Source of the DNA: Synechococcus sp. A15-24
GTDB taxonomy: Bacteria; Cyanobacteriota; Cyanobacteriia; PCC-6307; Cyanobiaceae
Assembly: GCF_014280195.1 (NCBI RefSeq)
Contig: NZ_CP047960.1
Coordinates: 2,100,001-2,132,000, forward strand
Reading direction: 5' to 3'
DNA length: 32,000 nucleotides
The first letter of the stretch is position 1. Each line of letters begins with the position of its first letter. A program made the translations under genes and the position numbers. Of the stretch, positions 20,343 through 27,285 are shown piece by piece. The notes below the pieces were generated by a model. It searched no databases, was not told the origin of the DNA, and saw only the letters and a list, made by a program, of their open reading frames with translations.

Positions 20343-20370
20343 AAATGCGCAACCCCCCACAGGCGCATTT
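20343..20370. promoter_or_regulatory. Perfect 8-bp inverted repeat AAATGCGC-N12-GCGCATTT in the tpsA/tpsB divergent region
   Basis: The arms are at 20343-20350 and 20363-20370, with the loop aaccccccacag. It lies 66-93 nt upstream of the tpsA ATG. It could be an operator or a 5'-UTR hairpin. Function unknown. Confidence 0.3.
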
Positions 20371-20494
20371 TGGGGCGTCTGTACATTTTTCTCCTTAGAT
20401 AGACTAGAGAGGAGTGTGGTTAACGGTCTGCTGATCAACGCAATGGCCGTCGGGTTTTTCGCGCTGGATCCCTGATGGATTCAGCGCGTTTTAC

Positions 20495-20509
20495 TTTTTT
20501 CGGAAAAAA
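20495..20509. promoter_or_regulatory. AT palindrome TTTTTTC-G-GAAAAAA upstream of tpsB
   Basis: The 7-bp arms surround a single central base, 30-44 nt upstream of GTG 20539. It is the most AT-rich element in the intergenic region. It could be a protein-binding site or a curved-DNA element. Function unknown. Confidence 0.25.
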
Positions 20510-20538
20510 TAGTCGATTGACTTATCGCCTTCATCGCC

Positions 20539-22215
20539 GTGTTGCTACTGGCCCAGCTGGTCGCCCCGCCCATCCAGCCGGGTCCCGTGCGCCTGCCCAA
20601 TACCGCACCACAACAGCGGCCCGAAGATGATGGATCCCTTTTTGATGAGCCCGCTGAAGCCGCGCCGCAGCCGTCAACCGCTCCCGCAACATCGGATCGA
20701 GAGCAGTCCGGTGAGCAGGCGCTCGACTGGCGTCCCACCATCATTGGCAAGACACCCTATGACGACGCTCAACTCCAGGCGATCCTCAAGGACTGTGGCA
20801 AAGCCAGCACTAACGCCACACTCAACGCCTGTGCTGCAGCACTCACGGCTCAGTTGATCAAGGACGGTTACGTCAACAGTCGTGTCTACAGCCTGAAGAC
20901 CCCAGAACCCGGCGCCCTGGAAGTGGTGCTCGGGACCATTGCGGAATTGCGCATCACCAGCGAGGACGAAGCCCTGCAGAAACAGGTGCAGCAACAGCTC
21001 ACCCCCCTGATCGGCAGCGTGCTCCATATCCCCACACTGGAAGAGGAGCTGGTTCAGGTGCGGCGGCGCGGCGTCGGAGACATCAAGGGTGGGATGGGCC
21101 GCCTGGGAAGCGACCCCACCAAGGCCGTGGTGAACCTGGCTGTTTCACCTGCCGAACCAGAACCGTTGCGAGGTGACTTCTCACTCGGCAACAATGGAAA
21201 TGTTGGAAGTGGTGAATGGCGTGGTGTTGCCACGCTTCTTCAGAAAGGTCTGATTGAACGAGGGGACACAGCTCTGCTGTTTCTGGAGTTGAACAGCGAT
21301 GGTGATCTGGAGTTGGGCAGCAAGGTGGCCTCTCTTACCTACACCTACCCCCTCCGGGACAATTGGTCGATCACAGGGTCGTTTGGCGTCAGCTACAGCC
21401 GCTTTGTGGAATTCCAAAAGCCGGCTTACAACTTCAGTTTCCGTACCCTGCAAGGGCTGCTGCAATTGGAAACAACTCTGCAGGAGTCCGAAAACCTCAC
21501 ATGGACCGCTGCGACAGCATTCAGCACCAATCGCAGTGACAGCTTCAAATCAGGACGCAGTTTTCCCCTCGTCAGCGGCGGTGGGAACGATGGCTGGTCT
21601 CACAGTGGTTTTCTGAAACTCAGCACCAACGTTGGTGGATTTACCGGACCCCTGTTCTGGAATACCAATGCTTATTTCAGCCAGGGTATTGCCGGAGTGA
21701 CCCTCGATGAACACCTGCACAACTTGGATGTTGCAGGAATAGAACCAGGCGAGGCCCGTGCTGTCGGAGCGCTGACTGACATCGGTTTGAGCCTGTCTCC
21801 ATCGACCACCATGAATCTCAGATTCGCTGGTCAGCTTGCCTTCAATCGCCTTCCAGGAAGCATGAGTTTCGGCCTCGGTAGTGGTATTGGCCTGCGGGGA
21901 CTTCCAGGAAGTCTGATCGCTGGGGATAGTGGTTATCTGGCCACAGGGGAAGTTGTTTGGACTCCGTGGCAGAAGGATCAACAACGGATTTCACTGATTC
22001 CCTACCTGGGTATCGGTGGTGTTCACACCAAATTTCCAGACAGGACCTTGGAAGACAGCATCGGTGTGGGTGGGCTGGTCGGCCGCTATCAAAACGGCCG
22101 ATGGGAAGCGGAACTCGGCTGGGTCGACACGTTCAACTCAAACGACAATCCCGGGCTCTGGAACGACTGGATCCTGGGCCACGGGATGTACACCAAGGTC
22201 CGCTACAGCTTCTGA
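20539..22215 (+). CDS. ShlB/FhaC/HecB-family TpsB outer-membrane transporter (POTRA plus 16-strand barrel type)
   Basis: 558 aa. It has a POTRA-like region (YDDAQLQAILKD...GYVNSRVY...LEVVLGTIAELRI), the family motifs SLGNNGNVGSGEWRG (DNxGxxxTGxxR-like) and GIGLRGLPGSLIAGDSGY (L6 VRGY-like), and a terminal aromatic residue (...KVRYSF). The start is problematic: GTG 20539 leaves only MLLLAQLVAPP as a signal peptide (see findings). Confidence 0.85.
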   Translation: MLLLAQLVAPPIQPGPVRLPNTAPQQRPEDDGSLFDEPAEAAPQPSTAPATSDREQSGEQALDWRPTIIGKTPYDDAQLQAILKDCGKASTNATLNACAAALTAQLIKDGYVNSRVYSLKTPEPGALEVVLGTIAELRITSEDEALQKQVQQQLTPLIGSVLHIPTLEEELVQVRRRGVGDIKGGMGRLGSDPTKAVVNLAVSPAEPEPLRGDFSLGNNGNVGSGEWRGVATLLQKGLIERGDTALLFLELNSDGDLELGSKVASLTYTYPLRDNWSITGSFGVSYSRFVEFQKPAYNFSFRTLQGLLQLETTLQESENLTWTAATAFSTNRSDSFKSGRSFPLVSGGGNDGWSHSGFLKLSTNVGGFTGPLFWNTNAYFSQGIAGVTLDEHLHNLDVAGIEPGEARAVGALTDIGLSLSPSTTMNLRFAGQLAFNRLPGSMSFGLGSGIGLRGLPGSLIAGDSGYLATGEVVWTPWQKDQQRISLIPYLGIGGVHTKFPDRTLEDSIGVGGLVGRYQNGRWEAELGWVDTFNSNDNPGLWNDWILGHGMYTKVRYSF

Positions 22216-22216
22216 A

Positions 22217-22675
22217 TCAACCCTCGACGCGCCAGCTCTGATCAGATGGGACCCAGTCATTGAGTTCGGTCGCACCAAACCAGAGACCAATTTCAAATTC
22301 AGCGGTTTCCGGCGCATCCGATCCATGGATCACATTTCGCCCGATGTTGACGGCAAGATCTCCACGGATGGTGCCTGGCTCAGCCTCGAGGGGTTTGGTC
22401 GCACCGATCAGCTTGCGGGCACTAGCGATCACCCCATCGCCTTCCCAAACCATCGCCACCACAGGGCCAGAGGTGATGAAGTCCACCAAGCCGGCAAAGA
22501 ACGGTCGCTCTTTGTGAACTCCGTAGTGCTGCTCAGCCAGCTCGCGGGTGGGGGTTAGCTGCTTCAGACCCACGAGCTTGAAGCCCTTGTGCTCGAAGCG
22601 ACCGAGAATTTCACCCACCAATCCACGCTGGACGCCGTCGGGCTTGATGGCGATGAAGGTACGTTCGGCGGCCAT
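22217..22675 (-). CDS. ndk: Nucleoside diphosphate kinase
   Basis: The ORF track extends to 22768, but NDK begins at ATG 22675..22673: [23 protein letters not shown]. The active-site motif NVIHGSDA is present. 152 aa. Its stop is 1 nt from the tpsB stop (convergent). Confidence 0.95.
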   Translation of the reverse strand: MAAERTFIAIKPDGVQRGLVGEILGRFEHKGFKLVGLKQLTPTRELAEQHYGVHKERPFFAGLVDFITSGPVVAMVWEGDGVIASARKLIGATKPLEAEPGTIRGDLAVNIGRNVIHGSDAPETAEFEIGLWFGATELNDWVPSDQSWRVEG

Positions 22676-22681
22676 AAAAAA

Positions 22682-22737
22682 CATCTGTGTGCCGCGCCAT
22701 CGTCCGTGGCCGCCCCTCCGCTTGGCAAGCACAGATG
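22682..22737. promoter_or_regulatory. Inverted repeat CATCTGTG...CACAGATG in the ndk/speA divergent intergenic region
   Basis: The arms are at 22682-22689 and 22730-22737, flanked by GCC/GGC with a bulge. The left arm begins 7 nt upstream of the ndk ATG and the right arm ends 46 nt upstream of the speA GTG. Confidence 0.25.
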
Positions 22738-22782
22738 CAGTGACTGCTCTTATCTTGCAGTGATTCACTCCTGAGCAGCGTT

Positions 22783-24720
22783 GTGCTGAGCGGAACCGAG
22801 CAGGCCTGGTCCGTTGCGCAAAGCGCTGACCTTTACGGGCTCGAACGCTGGGGAGATCCCTATTTTTCCATCAACGCCAAAGGCCATGTGGTGGTGCAGC
22901 CCCGCGGCGATCGGGGTGGATCGCTTGATCTGGTGGAGTTGCTCCAAGGACTGAAGGCGCGCGACCTCAGCACCCCAATCCTGATCCGTTTCGACGACAT
23001 CCTCGAAGACCGGCTGGAACGGTTGCATGCGGCCTTCGACCGTGCCATCGCCCACTACGCCTACGACGCCAGCTACCAGGGAGTGTTTCCGATCAAATGC
23101 AACCAACAGCGGCATGTGGTGGAACATTTGGTGGACCGTGGCAACCGCTGGAATTTCGGGCTGGAGGCGGGGAGCAAGGCGGAGCTGTTGATCGCGCTTT
23201 CCCTCACCAAGAATCCTGATGCCCTGCTGATCTGCAACGGTTACAAGGACCGCCGCTACATCGAAACGGCGATCCTGGCCAGGCGGCTTGGACACCAACC
23301 CATGGTGGTGATCGAACAGGCCGATGAAGTGGAGCGCATCATCCAGGCCAGCGACGCCCTGGGTGCATCCCCATTCCTCGGAATCCGCGCCAAGTTATCC
23401 AGCCGCAGCACAGGGCGCTGGGGTAGCTCCGTCGGCGAGCGGGCCAAATTCGGCCTGGATCTCACCGAAATGCTGCAGACCGTGCACGCCCTGGAACGCG
23501 CCGGATTGCTCAAGGATCTGCGGCTGCTCCACTTCCACATCGGCAGCCAAATCAACGACATTGCCGTGCTCAAAGACGCTCTCCAGGAAGCCGGCCAGAT
23601 CTATGTGGAGCTAACCCGGCTGGGGGCACCGATGGGACATCTCGACGTGGGCGGCGGGCTTGGCATTGATTACGACGGCAGCCACACGGCAACGGCAGCC
23701 TCGACCAACTACACGCTGCAGAACTACGCCAATGACGTGGTGGCCACAGTTCGGGAATGCTGTGAACCCCACAACGTTCCTGTTCCTGTCCTAGTGAGCG
23801 AAAGCGGTCGGGCCATCGCCAGCCACTTCTCCGTTCTCGTGTTCGACGTGATGGGTTGTGGTCGAACCCCCGACGACGAACCGCCCAGCCAAGACAACGA
23901 ACCCTTGCCCGTGCGCAATCTGCGCGTCACGCTGACCCACATCCGCAGCGTGGAGAAGGAAACAGACCCCGAGTTGCGGCTGCTCCAGGAAGCGTGGAAC
24001 GATGCGATCAAATTCAGGGATGACGCGCTGGCTGCCTTCCGGCTCGGGTACATCCGCCTGGAGGAACGGGCCATGGCTGAGCAGCTCACCTGGAGCTGCG
24101 CCCGCGCCATCAACGAACGTTTGCCAACCAACACCCCCATCCATGACGACCTGAAGGGACTACGGCGTGCCCTGGCCTGCACGTATTACGTGAACCTCTC
24201 CGTGTTCCGCTCAGCGCCTGACACATGGGCCATCGACCAGCTGTTCCCACTGATGCCGATTCATCGCCTGGATCAACAACCAACCGAACTGGGCGACTTT
24301 GCAGATCTCACCTGTGACTCCGATGGAAAGCTTGCGCGATTCATCCACTCAGGACAAAGCAAATCCCTGCTGGAACTCCACCCGCTTGTAGATGGTGAGC
24401 CCTATTGGATCGGCATGTTCCTCGGCGGTGCCTATCAGGAAGTGATGGGCAACCTGCACAACCTGTTCGGCAGCACCAGCGCCGTGCATGTGAGGCTCAA
24501 CCCCAAAGGCAGTGGCTACCTGCTGGATCATGTGGTGAAGGGAGACACCAACGCTGACGTTCTCGAGGAAATGCAACACAACCCAGACCTGATGCTGGAG
24601 CGGCTGCGCCAGGCTTCAGAGGCTGCCATTCAACGGGGAACGTTGAAGATTGAGGACGCCAGGCTGTTAATGAGTCATCTTAAAGCCAGCCTGGATCAGA
24701 CCACCTACCTGCAGGGATGA
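22783..24720 (+). CDS. speA: Biosynthetic arginine decarboxylase
   Basis: 645 aa. It has [23 protein letters not shown], the PLP-lysine context [10 protein letters not shown], and [11 protein letters not shown] start at 22783. Confidence 0.95.
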   Translation: MLSGTEQAWSVAQSADLYGLERWGDPYFSINAKGHVVVQPRGDRGGSLDLVELLQGLKARDLSTPILIRFDDILEDRLERLHAAFDRAIAHYAYDASYQGVFPIKCNQQRHVVEHLVDRGNRWNFGLEAGSKAELLIALSLTKNPDALLICNGYKDRRYIETAILARRLGHQPMVVIEQADEVERIIQASDALGASPFLGIRAKLSSRSTGRWGSSVGERAKFGLDLTEMLQTVHALERAGLLKDLRLLHFHIGSQINDIAVLKDALQEAGQIYVELTRLGAPMGHLDVGGGLGIDYDGSHTATAASTNYTLQNYANDVVATVRECCEPHNVPVPVLVSESGRAIASHFSVLVFDVMGCGRTPDDEPPSQDNEPLPVRNLRVTLTHIRSVEKETDPELRLLQEAWNDAIKFRDDALAAFRLGYIRLEERAMAEQLTWSCARAINERLPTNTPIHDDLKGLRRALACTYYVNLSVFRSAPDTWAIDQLFPLMPIHRLDQQPTELGDFADLTCDSDGKLARFIHSGQSKSLLELHPLVDGEPYWIGMFLGGAYQEVMGNLHNLFGSTSAVHVRLNPKGSGYLLDHVVKGDTNADVLEEMQHNPDLMLERLRQASEAAIQRGTLKIEDARLLMSHLKASLDQTTYLQG

Positions 24721-26609
24721 AACGCTTCCGGGAGTTGCTGCAACGCATCGGGCCATACACCGCAGCTGTGTTGGTGCTTGTACTGCTGCGCAGCACAGGA
24801 CTATCCCAAACCATCGATCTGCTGGTCTATGACCTGATCACGACGCAGCGACCTGCACCCTCGGGCAGCGACACACCCATCACACTGATCGGTATTGAAG
24901 AAAGTGACATCCAGCGCTTTGGCTGGCCGATTGACGACGGACTGTTCTGCGAAGCCTTTGACAGGCTTAATGCAAGCGGTGTCGACGTCATCGGTTTTGA
25001 CATCTACCGGGACAAAGGCGTCGGACCAGATCAACAGTGCCTGCGCGATCGCTTTCAAAACGAACCAACGCTGGTGTCGATCTTCAACGTTGCTTCTGGC
25101 ATTGGACCAGTCCCTGGGACGCCGGCGGAACGGCAGTCGTACAACGATCTAAGCCTGGATGCCGACGGAATTCTTCGGCGTGATCTCGTCCATGTCACTG
25201 GACAAGATGAAGCCACGGTGTCCTTCGCTCTACGGGTGATGGAGATCGCGACCACTGACCGCAGTCTGCGACAGGCAATGGACGATGGCACTCACAAGGA
25301 TGCATGGCTGAGCGCCAATGGAGGGGGGTATTACAACGAAGTGGATGCAGGCCTGGGGCTGCAACGGCTGCTTCGCTTTCGGGATCCCTGGAGCTATCCG
25401 CTTTATTCCCTTGCTCAGGTTCTGGACGGCGAGATACCAGAGGAGGCGATTCGCGACAAGATCGTTTTAATCGGCAGTACTGCTCCCTCTCTGAGAGACC
25501 TTTTCAACGTGCCTCACACCCGCTTCCGCAGAAGCGATGAGGTGTTTCAAGTGTCAGGTGTCGAGATCCATGCCAACCGTGTTGCAACACTGCTCGAACA
25601 CCACGTCGGGAGCATCCAGATCGGCTGGATCATGCCTGGCTGGGGCAACCAGATGCTGCTGGTCCTTTGCATCGGCCTGGGCGTACTCCTCGGGGAAGCG
25701 GTGCCCAAACTTCGTCGCAGCGTCCTCCTGGTGCTGACACTTGGGGTCGGTCTCACCGGCGGTCTTGGCTGGCTTCTCTTGCAACAGCATGTCTGGGTGG
25801 GAATGGCGATGCCACTCACGGGCCTACTCAGCATGGGCGGGGCCGGCTGGCTGCGTCGAGGGGCCATGAGCCAGCAACATTCACAACAAATCAAGCAACT
25901 GCTTGGACAAACAACGTCCCCTGCCGTGGCGGAGCAGCTGTGGGATCAGCGTGATGAATTGCTCAGCAACGGACGCTTTGATGGGCGGCAGCTTCCAATC
26001 ACCGTGCTGTTCACAGATACGGCCAACTTCACCAGCGTCTCTGAGGGGCTCAGTCCCCGCGAACTGATGGACTGGCTTAATCGAGGCATGGAAGTATGCG
26101 TTCCCGCCGTAACCCGACGCGGGGGCATGGTGAATAAGTTCACCGGTGACGGAATGCTTGCCGTGTTTGGTGTTCCAATCGAACAGGACGTCAGGGCTGA
26201 AGCCAAGGCCGCTATCGAGGCAGCGCAAGAAATCAAGGTCGGACTAGAGCAGTTGAATCAACAACTTCAAATCGATGGCGAGCCAGCCATGCGGATCAGA
26301 ATGGGCATTCACTCCGGTGATGCGCTCGTGGGCTCAATGGGGAGCGCCGAACGCATTGAATATGCTGTCATCGGCGACACCGTGAATTGCGCCTCACGGT
26401 TGGAAAGTCTGGAAAAGACGCGCCACACAGGAGTTCTGCGGGTGTTGATGTCCAACAACACCCTAGAACTCCTAGATCCGGACTTTCGCAAGCAATTAGA
26501 CCTGCATGGCTGGGGGCCGATGCACGTCAAGGGTCGAGACGAACCGCTTGATGTTTATGAACTCAAGATGGACAACGCACTGGAAGATTCTGAGGCCACT
26601 CAGCAGTGA
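24717..26609 (+). CDS. CHASE2 extracytoplasmic sensor fused to a class III adenylate/guanylate cyclase
   Basis: 630 aa. It has an N-terminal TM (YTAAVLVLVLL), a ~280-aa periplasmic CHASE2-like region (ITLIGIEESDIQRFGWP...VIGFDIYRD...IVLIGSTAPSLRD...GVEIHAN), three TM segments (aa ~305-380), and then a cyclase domain. The cyclase has metal Asp residues in VLFTDTANFT and FTGDGMLAVFG, and Asn/Arg in GDTVNCASRLES. The ATG at 24717 overlaps the speA TGA (ATGA). Confidence 0.88.
   Translation: MKRFRELLQRIGPYTAAVLVLVLLRSTGLSQTIDLLVYDLITTQRPAPSGSDTPITLIGIEESDIQRFGWPIDDGLFCEAFDRLNASGVDVIGFDIYRDKGVGPDQQCLRDRFQNEPTLVSIFNVASGIGPVPGTPAERQSYNDLSLDADGILRRDLVHVTGQDEATVSFALRVMEIATTDRSLRQAMDDGTHKDAWLSANGGGYYNEVDAGLGLQRLLRFRDPWSYPLYSLAQVLDGEIPEEAIRDKIVLIGSTAPSLRDLFNVPHTRFRRSDEVFQVSGVEIHANRVATLLEHHVGSIQIGWIMPGWGNQMLLVLCIGLGVLLGEAVPKLRRSVLLVLTLGVGLTGGLGWLLLQQHVWVGMAMPLTGLLSMGGAGWLRRGAMSQQHSQQIKQLLGQTTSPAVAEQLWDQRDELLSNGRFDGRQLPITVLFTDTANFTSVSEGLSPRELMDWLNRGMEVCVPAVTRRGGMVNKFTGDGMLAVFGVPIEQDVRAEAKAAIEAAQEIKVGLEQLNQQLQIDGEPAMRIRMGIHSGDALVGSMGSAERIEYAVIGDTVNCASRLESLEKTRHTGVLRVLMSNNTLELLDPDFRKQLDLHGWGPMHVKGRDEPLDVYELKMDNALEDSEATQQ
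24789..25616 (+). other. CHASE2 periplasmic sensor domain
   Basis: This covers aa ~25-300, between the N-terminal TM and the triple-TM block. The boundaries are approximate. Confidence 0.7.
25989..26561 (+). other. Class III nucleotide cyclase catalytic domain
   Basis: This covers aa ~425-615. It contains Asp434 and Asp478 (metal), Lys474 (purine-specifying position), and Asn557 and Arg561 (transition state). The second specificity position appears to be Ala550 (EYAVIGD) by pattern alignment. Confidence 0.8.
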
Positions 26610-27183
26610 CGATATCTGCGAGTCCGAACTGACCCAGGGTTGCCTTTGCCGGGACGGTGGCACCACAGCTGTTTCTGAGCTTCGTCAGAGCGGCCTGAAC
26701 AGGAGCATCACTGGCATCTGGCTCTGGAACCAGGAGGCTGACGGCAGGGGGTGATGCTGTTTCAACAAAAGCCAGAGGGTCATCACTCGCCGAACCGTCC
26801 GCCGAGGCGCAATCAAACTCTGATTCCCAAACGGTGGGGGCGCTGATGCTGGAACCACTGATCAAAATCAGTGCAGCTGGCGCGGCCGGGAGTGTCTGGG
26901 TGATCGACGCTCCACCAGATTCTGGTTTAAAGCTGATGTTGAGACTCACAGGGTTGGCGGTAGGCCCCTGAACCAACCCCAGCCCCGATGTCGCTCCAGG
27001 AGCAAACACACTGCTGTCGGGAACCAAATGAGCCAGGATCCGGGCACTGCATTCCCCTCTGGTACCACCACCGACCCTCCGGCCAGGGAAACTACTCCGC
27101 AGATTGGCCTGAGCCAGCGCTGTCATCGGCATGAAGCCATGCAAGGCGCTTAAACCTGCGCCCATTAGGAGGAAAGCCTTCAT
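26563..27183 (-). CDS. Secreted DUF928-like protein
   Basis: The ORF track runs 26563..27285. ATG 27183 gives a signal peptide, MKAFLLMGAGLSALHGFMPMTALA/QA. Just after it comes PGRRVGGGTRGEC, which I recall as the hallmark motif of the cyanobacterial DUF928 family (from memory, not searched). Four Cys are present. The alternative ATG at 27285 directly abuts the stop of the upstream channel gene (TGAATG). Confidence 0.65.
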   Translation of the reverse strand: MKAFLLMGAGLSALHGFMPMTALAQANLRSSFPGRRVGGGTRGECSARILAHLVPDSSVFAPGATSGLGLVQGPTANPVSLNISFKPESGGASITQTLPAAPAALILISGSSISAPTVWESEFDCASADGSASDDPLAFVETASPPAVSLLVPEPDASDAPVQAALTKLRNSCGATVPAKATLGQFGLADIVTAEWPQNLPVRCPS

Positions 27184-27285
27184 GGCGGTGGAATGCATGT
27201 CCATCAAGGGAACTCCAACCCAGCCTGACAACGAATAAGACTCCTGTCCAAACAAACCAGGTATGGGGAGGCCTTGAGAGGCCAT

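Noticed and set aside
20278-20352. TTG-initiated 25-aa N-terminal extension of TpsA ([25 protein letters not shown])
   Set aside because: The ATG at 20277 yields a canonical Sec signal peptide at the extreme N-terminus, and the extension would bury it. I kept the extension only as an alternative.
14986-22215. Contact-dependent inhibition (CdiBAI) interpretation of the TPS locus
   Set aside because: There is no FHA-repeat shaft and no VENN/pretoxin motif. The C-terminus is low-complexity plus a 66-aa Gln-rich end rather than a toxin domain. The downstream gene is a 445-aa CHAT protease, not a small immunity protein, and tpsB is divergent rather than upstream in the same operon.
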